NCBI RefSeq assembly: GCF_006345805.1
Contig: NC_042999.1
Coordinates: forward strand, 147,746,001 to 147,810,000
Length of the DNA stretch: 64,000 nucleotides
Direction of reading: 5' to 3'
Origin: Octopus sinensis
Lineage: Eukaryota
Under the pieces are notes generated by a model. That model was given only the letters and a program-made list of their open reading frames with translations. It searched no databases and was not told where the DNA came from. The translations under genes and the position numbers were made by a program. Within the stretch, counting starts at the first letter, position 1; every line of letters begins with the position of its first letter. Positions 1 through 9,977 of this stretch are shown piece after piece.

Positions 1-409
1 GTAAAGCTTTTGGGTCAGGCCAGATCAATAGTTTGGGAGTTAAGCCATTCGGATATTGTTCTTGCAGCTGTTTCTGCTGCTAGTGGTGCGGCTTAGCGTT
101 CACTGCATTTGTAATTATCGTTGCCACGTGAAAGATGATTACGTTGCTATGTTACTCGGAGGATTGGTAATGTCAGTGTTGCTAGTGAAAGAGAATGTCG
201 GTGATGATGATGATGATGCTAATGACGATGAGGAGGAGGAGGGGAGAGATCGGTGGTAATGCTAGGGATATTGTGAATGGTAGTTATTATGGAGGGTTGG
301 TGGGGTGGAATGTTGCAGGTGTGACTGTAACATTGTTGCTTTTCGGTAACGAAATCACAGATGCTCCTCTTCCGAGGGCATATAGTTCTTATAGTATATC
401 TTATGTCTT

Positions 410-425
410 CTACTACCACCAACGT

Positions 426-482
<57 letters not shown>

Positions 483-581
483 AACTACTACTACTACTAT
501 TATTACTACTACTGCTGCTGCTGCTGCTACTACTACTACTGTTACTGCTACTACTGCTGCTGATGCTACTACTACTACTAC

Positions 582-616
<35 letters not shown>

Positions 617-640
617 ATAGTAGTAGTAGCAGCAGTGTTA
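410..640. repeat. (CTA)n/(CTG)n/(GTA)n compound trinucleotide microsatellite
   Basis: Read directly; one of dozens of (TA)n, (CA)n, (ATAC)n, (AAT)n and (TC)n tracts throughout the window. Confidence 0.95.
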
Positions 641-1322
641 CTACTGGCCCTTATGGTTGTTGTTGCTGTTCGTGTTGTTGGGGTTGGGTGTAGGTTTTAA
701 GTGGAATCCTATTAATAAAGGTATTGCTCATTCTTTGGAGGGTTCGGTGCTAGTTGTGATGTTGCGGTGATGAAGATGGCGATAGCTATCTTCTGTTCGC
801 GATGGTGATGATGATAGTGATGGTGCTATCGTTGTCGTTGTTGCAACTAATGCCGCCGTTAAAAGGATCAGGATTCCAGCAGAGCTTTTAATATTATATC
901 TGTGCGTGTGTGGGTGAATATATGCGTGTATATATGTGTATATGTGTTTGTGAGTCTGTGTGCGCGCTTATTTGTGTATGTCTGTGTATATAGCATTAAT
1001 CTGCGTGCTAGGATATGTGTTTGTTGGCGTATGTCATAATTTGCATGTTTATGCGCCTAACACGAGTGTTTGCGCTTGGGCGTGTTTGAATGTGTACCAG
1101 GTTTTTGCGATGTATGTGTTGGCATGTCTCAGGCTTTATATGTGCGCGCGTATATTCTATATGCATTTTTGACATATATGAGGACATGTGTTTGCGCGTG
1201 TATATGCCTGTTTATGTGTGTATAGTGCGTATGTGTGAGTATATTTTGTATGCCATGTGTAAGGGGATTCTAAGCTTGTATGTATATGTGGGTTTGTATC
1301 ATAAGATTTTTGGCATTATGTG

Positions 1323-1363
<41 letters not shown>

Positions 1364-2217
1364 TATATATTGAAATATATATATATATATATATAGTAAA
1401 TTTTATAGTAAACGGGCTCTTACAGTCGGCTTTCGATGCCCATTGGCGCGTTACACTTATCTGGCCTTTAATAGCGTTTATAAATAATACCGGCACCCAT
1501 AGCCCTTGGTAACAAATTCTGAAATAGCCTTTAAGATATCTACGATTAACCACTGCAAGGGAAATTACTCCTGTAAGACAAACGGGGCTTGGTTTTTTCA
1601 CAGCGGGGGTTTCCTTGTCAAGGCAGGCTTAGATGAACACACACACACACACATAAAACTAATATATATATATAATTTTTTTATTTTTTTCTTTCTGCCA
1701 CCCAACGGTTATCACGGCAGTAGCACTGACAGCCGAACGATCAAACGCACACACGTACACAAAAAATGTTTTCTACCCCTACGCCAACACACACATATAT
1801 AGAACAGTATACACACACACACGTCTCTAAGTAGATTTTTTCTCGCCCCTTATAAACATCCAATATTCTTTAAATAGTCAGAACTTTATTCTCGGTCACA
1901 AAGAACATCTATACACCCTCACCCACATGATGACCGATGCCTGACCCGTTGAATTCTTCAGCCACCGGTTCTCAACATACACTGATAAACGTTTCGCCAT
2001 GGGCTCTTAGGAGCACAGTTCGATTTGTTTTTGCTCCGCCTCTGTTCTATTTTTGTTTTTCCAACGGATTTCCTTTTCTTCTGAGAGAAAGACACAATAT
2101 GGTCCCATTATTCAATCGGATTTTGGTAATTTGTGCCTTTCGAAACACGTGTAGAATGAAATAAAACGATTTCTGTTCAATCTGCGTCAGCTCCATTTCT
2201 TCAATTCACCAATAATG

Positions 2218-2297
<80 letters not shown>

Positions 2298-2302
<5 letters not shown>

Positions 2303-2540
2303 AATATTAGGGAATAAATCCAAATTTACAGGGAAAAAATCAGATTTAGGATTAAATCCAATTTTATAGTAAAATATTATAAAATATTATTAGAGACAAA
2401 ACCACTATTTTGCAAAACAAACAAGGAAAGACTTAATCAATACATAAAATTTTAATAAATAGTCAAAAAAACCGCCACTACAATCGTTTCTTGTCTTGAT
2501 CGACAATCTTCAGGTGGACTTCCAATAAGTCAGTTTCAAA
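2298..2540 (-). mobile_element. Short Penelope-like/retrozyme-type fragment between two (TA)n tracts, carrying a hammerhead motif
   Basis: Non-microsatellite block bounded by (TA)n on both sides; contains the minus-strand HHR at 2475-2517. Confidence 0.6.
2475..2517 (-). ncRNA. Type I hammerhead ribozyme (GUA triplet)
   Basis: Minus strand reads CCAC-CTGAAGA-TTGTC(gatcaa)GACAA-GAA-ACGATTGT-A-GTGG: stem I CCAC/GTGG, intact core, 5-bp stem II, near-palindromic stem III. Confidence 0.8.
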
Positions 2541-2552
2541 TTATATATATAT

Positions 2553-2929
2553 ATATTGAAATGGCAAAAATACGTCACGATGTGTTACCGCTACTGTATA
2601 TAACTCACTTTGATATTTATCATTGTTTGATTTCACTTTTTCAATATCAGCGACAGTGGACGCTGGAAAAAGTATAAGTATTTGTGAAGGAAATCTAATT
2701 CTCGGCGACAACTATGATTGTCACACGCTGACGAGAGGTCAACACCTCGAAACTCGAGTCCGTGTGTATCATAAGTTGAAGACGGGAAGGATGACTTCCC
2801 TTTGCAAATACTGACAGGACACAGAAAGTGTGTCTATGGCCAGCTGGAGGAGTGTGTCCTCCTGGGGCTAAAAACTACAGTAGCATCCACCCTTAGGGGT
2901 TAGCCATATTGAAATGGCAAAAATACGTC

Positions 2930-2931
<2 letters not shown>
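2553..2931 (+). mobile_element. Retrozyme-like unit: 353-nt monomer plus 26-nt terminal direct repeat, inserted in (TA)n
   Basis: ATATTGAAATGGCAAAAATACGTCAC occurs exactly at 2553-2578 and 2906-2931; internal canonical HHR; several GC-rich hairpins (GGGAAG/CTTCCC, GGAGGA/TCCTCC, GGCTA/TAGCC). Confidence 0.75.
2722..2766 (+). ncRNA. Canonical type I hammerhead ribozyme (GUC triplet, cleavage predicted after 2760)
   Basis: CACACG-CTGACGA-GAGGT(caac)ACCTC-GAA-ACTCGAGT-C-CGTGTG: 6-bp stem I, exact CUGAnGA/GAAA core, 5-bp stem II, perfectly palindromic stem III ACTCGAGT. Confidence 0.92.
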
Positions 2932-2974
<43 letters not shown>

Positions 2975-3063
2975 GAAATAGGATACGGTAGAAAATGCTA
3001 AAATAATTTTATCATGAAGAGCATTTTAGTACCAGCTTCAGTTTTTTGCAGCTGAGAATAAAG

Positions 3064-3101
3064 CTAACCGCAAGATTCCGAGTTCAATTCCAGGCAGTGA
3101 T

Positions 3102-3178
<77 letters not shown>

Positions 3179-3307
3179 CAACATCAAAAAATACCTTAGT
3201 AATGAGAATCCAGGTTCGAAATTTTCCCAAGATAAAGGCTGGAGGGTACATCAGCCGAAACGTTGTGTTAACAACAAACAAGATGAGGACGAATGTCCGT
3301 CAGATGT
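3064..3307 (+). mobile_element. Composite SINE copy 1: truncated tRNA-like head + (AAT)n + hammerhead-containing tail
   Basis: Head remnant AAGATTCCGAGTTCAATTCCAGGCAGTGATCTG (B box); (AAT)n 3105-3175; tail matches 55733-55907; HHR 3' half GGCTG..CAGCC-GAAACGTT-GTGT at 3237-3268 with the 5' core deleted. Confidence 0.7.
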
Positions 3308-5159
3308 ATAGAATTTGCACTTAGTATGCACGCAGTTTCAAGCATTTGTGCAAAATCATAAAAATCGTTGGCTGTGGCACTCTTAGTTCTCTTGAGTCAT
3401 TGCGAGTTGATTTCTCAGGGCTACATTAAAAAGTAGTATGCAGAGCATCAACACTCTCTTCTCCTTATCGTGGCCTGCCAGTTCTTCTGAGGTCACAAAC
3501 GCTACCAGCGTCTTTGAATTTGTTATATCAGTTCTTGGTGCTTTTAACACCTGGAGGATTTCAGACGTATTATTTTCTACAATTTCGTTGAACAGTAATT
3601 GCCGAAGTAGTTTCACGTAACCACAAAACACATTGTGCTTTTTCTTTCATAGATACCATTTTGATATGTTAACTTTATCTGGAAAAAAAATGTGATTAAA
3701 AATAATGAAACAGAACATGTCAATAATTAATTACATAATTTTAGACTTCAATTTTATAAAGTTCAACAAAGAGAAAGTTTAATTTCAAATAGCAACAAAG
3801 ATATGATATTTCAGAATCAGGAAAAACTTTATAATCACCCTGTATTATCATACAGAGGATTGGTGAAGAAGTTTTCCACTTTAAAAATATGTTGTTTCTA
3901 GACAATAAACATTGAAGTGTCATGCATATTTGTTAGCATAAATGCTATTAATAATGTTACGGCATTCTTCTACGAGTTTAACTAATTCCGTAATAATTCT
4001 GTGACTCACGAATTAAGCGTCTCCCATATCTCTTAACCATTATGGATTGATAGAAACTGTATTGAAGTTACTACCAACTATAAGCACACTACTTTTGCAA
4101 ATTATTACAGTGCTGCCATTCCCAAAAGAAAAGTGTACTATATAATTAATTAGAATGGACTGCAAAATGAGGGCTGTCAGGATTATTGATTGCTAGATTG
4201 TTAAAAGTAGCATCTTCAATTCGAAGCTATTACAAGAGAAATATCCGTGTTGCTTGAAATTATAGGCATTAAATTTACCTTAATTCTTTACTTTGACAGT
4301 CTTCTTAACTATCATCTTCAATATACCATCGTGCCGAAGTAGTTTCATATCTTCTTACCTTTCCATGTATAGAAAATTTACTATTAACACACATTTTTCT
4401 AGTCCTGGGTGAATCTCAATTCAAGTAAGTTTCTTGTCATTCGTAAGTTTGGCAGTCAAAGTTCCCTCTTCAGAGACAGCAATATCATTTTTCTGGAATT
4501 CAAAATATAATCTATAATTTCAGAGCTATTATATTTTTTCATAACAGCATTCATCCATGCCTCCATGTTTTGCTGTTGATTTTTTAATATGCATACAAGA
4601 ATACTATGCATTCTTGTCGCCACTTACGGTAAGATTTTAGTGAATTTCTATAACGCATAAACGAACTCTTTCTATTTTGTCAAAAAAGATTTAACGAAAA
4701 TAAATTTTGAAACTGCGAGGTGACCGCCGACTCAAGCCGTCCCTTCTTTAATATTAATAATTTTACTTTCTCTCAGGTGTGTACATCATGTTAAATTCTC
4801 TGATAAATATCTCAACAGTCTTACTCCCGGCATCCAGCTTCATGAAAAGCCAATGATAAAAAAAATCTTTATAGAGGGCAGTATTCCTTCTTGTTCGACT
4901 AGCATATGGGTTGTACAGTGTTTCCGAAGGTAGGGTATATACAAAGAGTTTTGATAATGCAGTTCATTGCTGAGATAGTTCGAGTAGAAGTCGCGGATAT
5001 ACGAATTGTGTAGATTTTCCCCGTCACTACAGATATCTAGTGCTCTCTGACTCGATTTTTATCTTTCTGTTTCAATGAATTTAAACCAGAAACGGTATTG
5101 TAATAAACGTGTTATCCGAGTGCTCTCCTGGTTTTCTCCCATGTAGAGACGTGCAGGAC

Positions 5160-5560
5160 AAATTTAAGCAATGAGTAAGATCGGCACAGATGCAGAGAAA
5201 AGAGTCGATTACGTGGGAATGATTATGTTTGGTTAGAACGATGAGTATAGTGATGGAGGGGACGTGACAAGCGTATCATGCAGCGGGACCGTGTAAAGAT
5301 TTGGCTGTGCTGCAGGCGGATAGGTCGTGTAGATTATAGCAACGTATAAATGAATGCAGGTTTGGTCTTAGGAAGTTGTGCTAAATAGTGGAATCAGATT
5401 GAACAATGCGGAATGCACATAGAATAGCGAGTTGGTAGAGATTATTGATGAAAGGGAACAAAGTTGGTTGTGGTTGATGAGGACGCGGGAGATATGGTGC
5501 TGGTGAGGTCGAATTCACAAGCGGGACGAGGACAGCCTAGAGATGCTCTTGCTTCGTAAA
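5160..5560 (-). pseudogene. Possible highly decayed LINE (CR1/L2-group) RT fragment
   Basis: Minus-strand translation gives ..PFINNL..QSDSTI.., faintly resembling the LFINDL...YADDSTL motifs; many stops. Confidence 0.25.
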
Positions 5561-6095
5561 CTGGAACTTCATGCTAATGCACATGCAGCATCTGCATCAT
5601 CATAAACATTGAAAATACACACGTCAATTATATTCTTGTTTGCAATAATTTATAAATTGTAACTAATGCGTGGAATTTACAGCTTTGTGGTTTCAGGTTC
5701 TGTTTCATTATGCAACATCTTGGACAAGTATTTGTTAACAGTCTTGAATTAAACAAAACTCAGAGATTGAGAAATGTCGCCAGATGGACCATTCATAAGA
5801 TGGAATGTTAGATTGAAACCGCCACTCAGTTTAACACCATCACTTCTTCCCTTCTTCCGATCTGGTGTTGGATCACTGATAACGTAATTGGTTCTGCCCT
5901 TCCTTATAAAAGACATAAAATCAGCAAAATCGCAGATTTCCACGATGGAAAACTATTCGCTACAAACGTCAAATGAACTGATAAAATATTCTTTTGTAAA
6001 ACAATTCAGAAATTTTATGAAAAAGTAAAATAATTTTGAAATTCATGATGATTTCTATACCATTGTCATTGATGACACAATATGCTTCTGCTAAA

Positions 6096-6327
6096 AGGCG
6101 GCGAGCTGGCAGAAACGTTAGCACGCCGGGCGAAATGCTCAGCGGTATTTCGTCTGCCGTTACGTTCTGAGTTCAAATTCCGCCGAGGTCGACTTTGCCT
6201 TTCATCCTTTCGGGGTCGATTAAATAAGTACCGGTTACGCACAGGAGTCGATATAATCGACTTAATTCGTTTGTCTGTCCTTGTTTGTCCTCTCTGTGTT
6301 TAGCCCTTTGTGGGTAGTAAAGAAATA
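6096..6327 (+). mobile_element. tRNA-derived SINE family A, tail type 1
   Basis: GGCGAGCTGGCAGAAACGTTAGC head, GAGTTCAAATTCC B box, central GTCGACTTTGCCTTTCATCCTTTCGGGGTCGAT domain; repeated at 6329, 52535, 57547. Confidence 0.9.
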
Positions 6328-6328
6328 C

Positions 6329-6540
6329 GTGAGCTAGAAGAACCGTTAGCACGCCGGGCGAAATGCTTAGCAGTATTTCGTCTGTCTTTACGTTCTGAGT
6401 TCAAATTCCGCCGAGGTCGACTCTGCCTTTCATCCTTGCGGGGTCGATAAATTAAGTACCATTTGCGTAGTGGGGTAGATCTAATTGACTGGTCCCCTCC
6501 CCCAAAAATTTTGGGCCTTGTGCCTAAAGTAGAGAAGAAT
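6329..6540 (+). mobile_element. tRNA-derived SINE family A, tail type 2, directly after the previous copy
   Basis: Same head and central domain; tail CCCCTCCCCAAAAATTTTGGGCCTTGTGCCTAAAGTAGAGAAGAAT. Confidence 0.9.
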
Positions 6541-6764
6541 ATGCTTCAGCCAAACTGAAATGGTATCATTTAAATGGGAGTAGAGAATTTGAAAATGTCG
6601 AATTGGGGGAACTTTCAATCGTCCTGATTTTTCTATTATTCCAGTAACAAACGTTAGAAACTCTCTTAATTCTCTAATTATTGTTAATGACAATATTTGC
6701 ACTAATAATTGTATGGCATTCTGTACACGAATGATTAATTTTCACGTAATATTTGAGAATGTGG

Positions 6765-6968
6765 GGGCGCGTGGATTTGTGGTTAGGGTGTCAGCATCAT
6801 GACCGTAAGATTGTGGTTTCGATTCCTAGACCGGGCGACTTCATTTCACGCAGCTCCAGTCCACTCAGCTGGCAAAAATGAGTAACGCTACGAAGGACTG
6901 GCGTCTCGTCCAGCTGGGGAACACATACGTCATAGAAACCGGGAATCCGTGCCCATGAGAATGGCTAG
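6765..6968 (+). mobile_element. tRNA-derived SINE family D
   Basis: GTGGTTAGGGTGTC..GGTTTCGATTCC head and GCTCCAGTCCACTCAGCTGGCAAAAATGAGTA core; homologous to 31010-31220 (minus). Confidence 0.75.
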
Positions 6969-7688
6969 GTGCATTTATAAAAAAAAATATTTAAAAATAA
7001 TATACGCGATTCCTATTTTGTTAAGCATTCTAATTTGTTGCCATACATTAGTGTAGCTTCCATGGCTTTCATCTTATTATTGATATTATTACAAGTGTTA
7101 TATTTAATGGAATTTAGGGAATATAATTGCATAGAAAGTTGCGGTACTCAACGTCGCCAGATTTATATACACAATTAGTGTATGCTAAAATACTAAGCCT
7201 TTTATATAAGCTTCATTTTAATATTTAAATTGAAGTTACTTATATTTTAAATTTCTAATCACTAGGTCCAATTCAAGATATTAATGGACTTAAGTTGATT
7301 TTTCTTGTTTTTGTTTTTCCTTTTAAGAGTCTAATTAGTTATTATTGTTAGAATCATGAAATACTCCTTATTCGTTCTGTAAATTTTCTTTGTAATATTT
7401 GTAATATTTTCAAGCAATCATAATCTCAAACTACATAGTCAAAGGCAAAAACCCCTCTTCACATTTACTGCTCAGCTCTATAAAAGCACACACATACACA
7501 AATATATATGTGTGTGTGTATGTATTGGAATTATATTCCCTACTATTATTATTATTATTATCATTATTATATATATATATATAAATTTGCAAGTATATCA
7601 TGAAACCAATAGACGCACGCACTCACACATAAACACACACACATATAAACTTACATACAGATATATCTTTTATTTTCTTTTATCTTTC

Positions 7689-8068
7689 TTTTACTTGTTT
7701 CAGTCATTTGACTGCGGCCATGCTGGAGCACCGATTTTTAATCGAGCAACTCGACCCCGGGACTTATTCTTTGTAAGCCCAGTACTTATTCTATCGGTCT
7801 CTTTTTGCCGAACCGCTAAGTGACGGGGACATAAACACACCAGCATCGGTTGTCAAGCAATGCTAGGGGGACAAACACAGACACACATACATATATATAT
7901 ATATACATATATACGACGGGCTTCTTTCAGTTTCCGTCTACCAAATCCACTCACAAGACTTTGGTCGGCCCGAAGCTATTGTAGAAGACACTTGCCCAGG
8001 TGCCACGCAGTGGGACTGAACCCGGAACCATGTGGTTGGTAAGCAAGCTACTTACCACACAGCCACTC
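7689..8068 (-). mobile_element. tRNA-derived SINE family B (internal CA/TA microsatellite)
   Basis: Minus strand GAGTGGCTGTGTGGTAAGTAGC..GGTTCAGTCCC head and GCAGTCAAATGACTGAAACAAGTAAAAG tail; at least 6 copies in the window. Confidence 0.9.
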
Positions 8069-8260
8069 ACATATGTACTATATACATACATACAAACAGG
8101 TAGATAGGCGGATATGGATTTGGTTAAGTCATCACACTTTACCCTCAATCATTGACGATCTAAGCGATACTTGAAGAGCACAGGAGAATATAGGAGCAAA
8201 CATGGTAGGGAGTAAGAGAAAGGTCGGCAAATGTATTGTCGCCAGTGACAGGAGAGAGAA

Positions 8261-8315
<55 letters not shown>

Positions 8316-8332
8316 AACATTGGTTTCAAGTT

Positions 8333-8457
8333 TTGGCACAAGCCTAGCAGCAACTTTGAGGGAAGGAGTAAGTTGATTACATGGATCGCAGTACTGAACT
8401 GGTACATATTTTATCGAGCCTGAAGCAATGAAAGGCAAAGTCGACCTCAACGGCATT
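8333..8457 (-). mobile_element. Degenerate SINE family A fragment
   Basis: TGAAAGGCAAAGTCGACCTC central domain on the minus strand. Confidence 0.6.
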
Positions 8458-8744
8458 TCAAAGGCAATTCAAATATCCAAAATGTCTACAAGTTTATCAA
8501 CAATACCAAATGATACTTATTGATATCTACCCTATACTTTTATTTGTTGCTTGTTTTTGACCACTTGAATGTTAGAAGTTGGCATTGAGATGAATTTAAA
8601 CTCTGCCATATTTAGTTTTTCTGAAGAGATAAAATGCTGAGACATAAATATAGATATTATATATTTATGTGTGTCTGTGTATGTGTGTGTTATTCGTATA
8701 TACACGTGAAAAATAAACGTTTATATCATAATTATTATTATTAT

Positions 8745-9521
8745 TGAGTGAGAGAGCAGTTCATGCCATCAAAGTGACACTGGGGTAAAATATACGAAGC
8801 CCAATATACCCATCATGACTACCCGTCTGATAAAGGTACACCAGGCACATGCATCACAACCATATGTGCGCGACATGGTGATCTCATATCAAGATAAACA
8901 GCACATGACCTTGCAGGTGGGGCCCAGTTAGAATTTTCTTCAGGTTGAGTAGCCCATCCCGCTCAAACGCTCCCTGAATAAGGGTTGTTTAAGGATGTTG
9001 AAAGAACCACCCATGTTTCCAGAGGTGAATTATTCAAACCCCAAAGAATCCCTCTCAACACATGGCTATGATGCTCCCCCACTACTTCTGCTCGTGATCA
9101 GAGATGCACATATCGTCAGCCACGAAGAGACATGCTCAACTGGTTTAGGTCAAACAACTGACAAGCAAATCTGTGGTATTGAGCAGAATATTTGCTGTAG
9201 CCCATCTTTTATACCAAGACAAAACAATGTACATGATAACACTTCCAATCAGTTAAGATCAGAAGCCATGAGAGCCACTGCCTGGTACTGCATCAGGGCA
9301 TCCCTGGTACTGCATCAGGGCATGCCTGGTACTGCATCAGGGCATGCCTGGTACTGCATCAGGGCATGCCTGGTACTGCATCAGGGCATGCCTGGTACTG
9401 CATCAAGGCATGCCTGGTACTGCATCAGGGCATGCCTGGTACTGCATCAGGGCATTCCTGGTACTGCATCAGGGCATGCCTGGTACTGCATCAGGGCATG
9501 CCTGGTCCTGCATCAGGGCAT
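8745..9521 (-). mobile_element. Non-coding (TAA)n-targeted element family C, full length, with 5' tandem expansion
   Basis: Clearly homologous, along its length, to 55045-55630 (+) and 9582-9924; 3' end ..CTCTCTCACTCA runs into (ATA)n; (ATT)n on both flanks. Confidence 0.85.
9280..9521. repeat. Minisatellite, 11 x 22 nt GCCTGGTACTGCATCAGGGCAT
   Basis: Counted 11 contiguous units with 4 single-base variants; no spacers. Confidence 0.95.
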
Positions 9522-9524
9522 TCA

Positions 9525-9581
<57 letters not shown>

Positions 9582-9582
<1 letters not shown>

Positions 9583-9922
9583 GAGTGAGAGAGCAGTTCA
9601 TGCCATCAAAGTGACACTGGGGTAAAATATACGAAGCCCAATATACCCATCATGACTACCCGTCTGATATAGGTACACCAGGCACATGCATCACAACCAT
9701 ATGTGCGCGACATGGTGATCTCATATCAAGATAAACAGCACATGACCTTGCAGGTGGTGCCCAGTTAGAATTTTCTTCAGGTTGAGTTGCCCATCCCGCT
9801 CAAACGGTCCCTGAATAAGGGTTGTTTAAGGATGTTGAAAGAACCACCCATGTTTCCAGAGGTGAACTATTCAAACCCTAAAGAATCCCTCTCAACACAT
9901 GGCTATGATGCTCCCCCACTAC

Positions 9923-9924
<2 letters not shown>
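9582..9924 (-). mobile_element. Family C element, 5'-truncated copy
   Basis: Near-identical to 8745-9087; flanked by (ATT)n on both sides. Confidence 0.9.

Positions 9925-9976
<52 letters not shown>

Positions 9977-9977
<1 letters not shown>

Noticed and set aside
56-693. Poly-Y/T/S/D ORFs that look like mucin or low-complexity proteins
   Set aside because: They are translations of (CTA)n/(GTA)n/(GAT)n microsatellites in several frames with no unique coding context. The same applies to the YI/CV/HT/MYVC ORFs throughout the window and to 59278-59744.
1984-2012. Minus-strand CCTAAGA-GCC(cat)GGC-GAAACGTT
   Set aside because: Two core substitutions and no stem I; not next to a TA tract; probably coincidental.
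8618-8650. CTGAAGA..GAGACAT
   Set aside because: Stem II does not pair and GAAA is altered; not supportable without family copies.
9280-9521. CRISPR-like array
   Set aside because: Repeats are contiguous with no unique spacers, there are no cas genes, and the context is eukaryotic.
8995-9625. 197-aa ORF with MPGTASGHAWYCIRACLVLHQG repeats
   Set aside because: Produced by the 22-nt tandem cycling through frames, on the strand opposite the inferred element; ends in (ATT)n.
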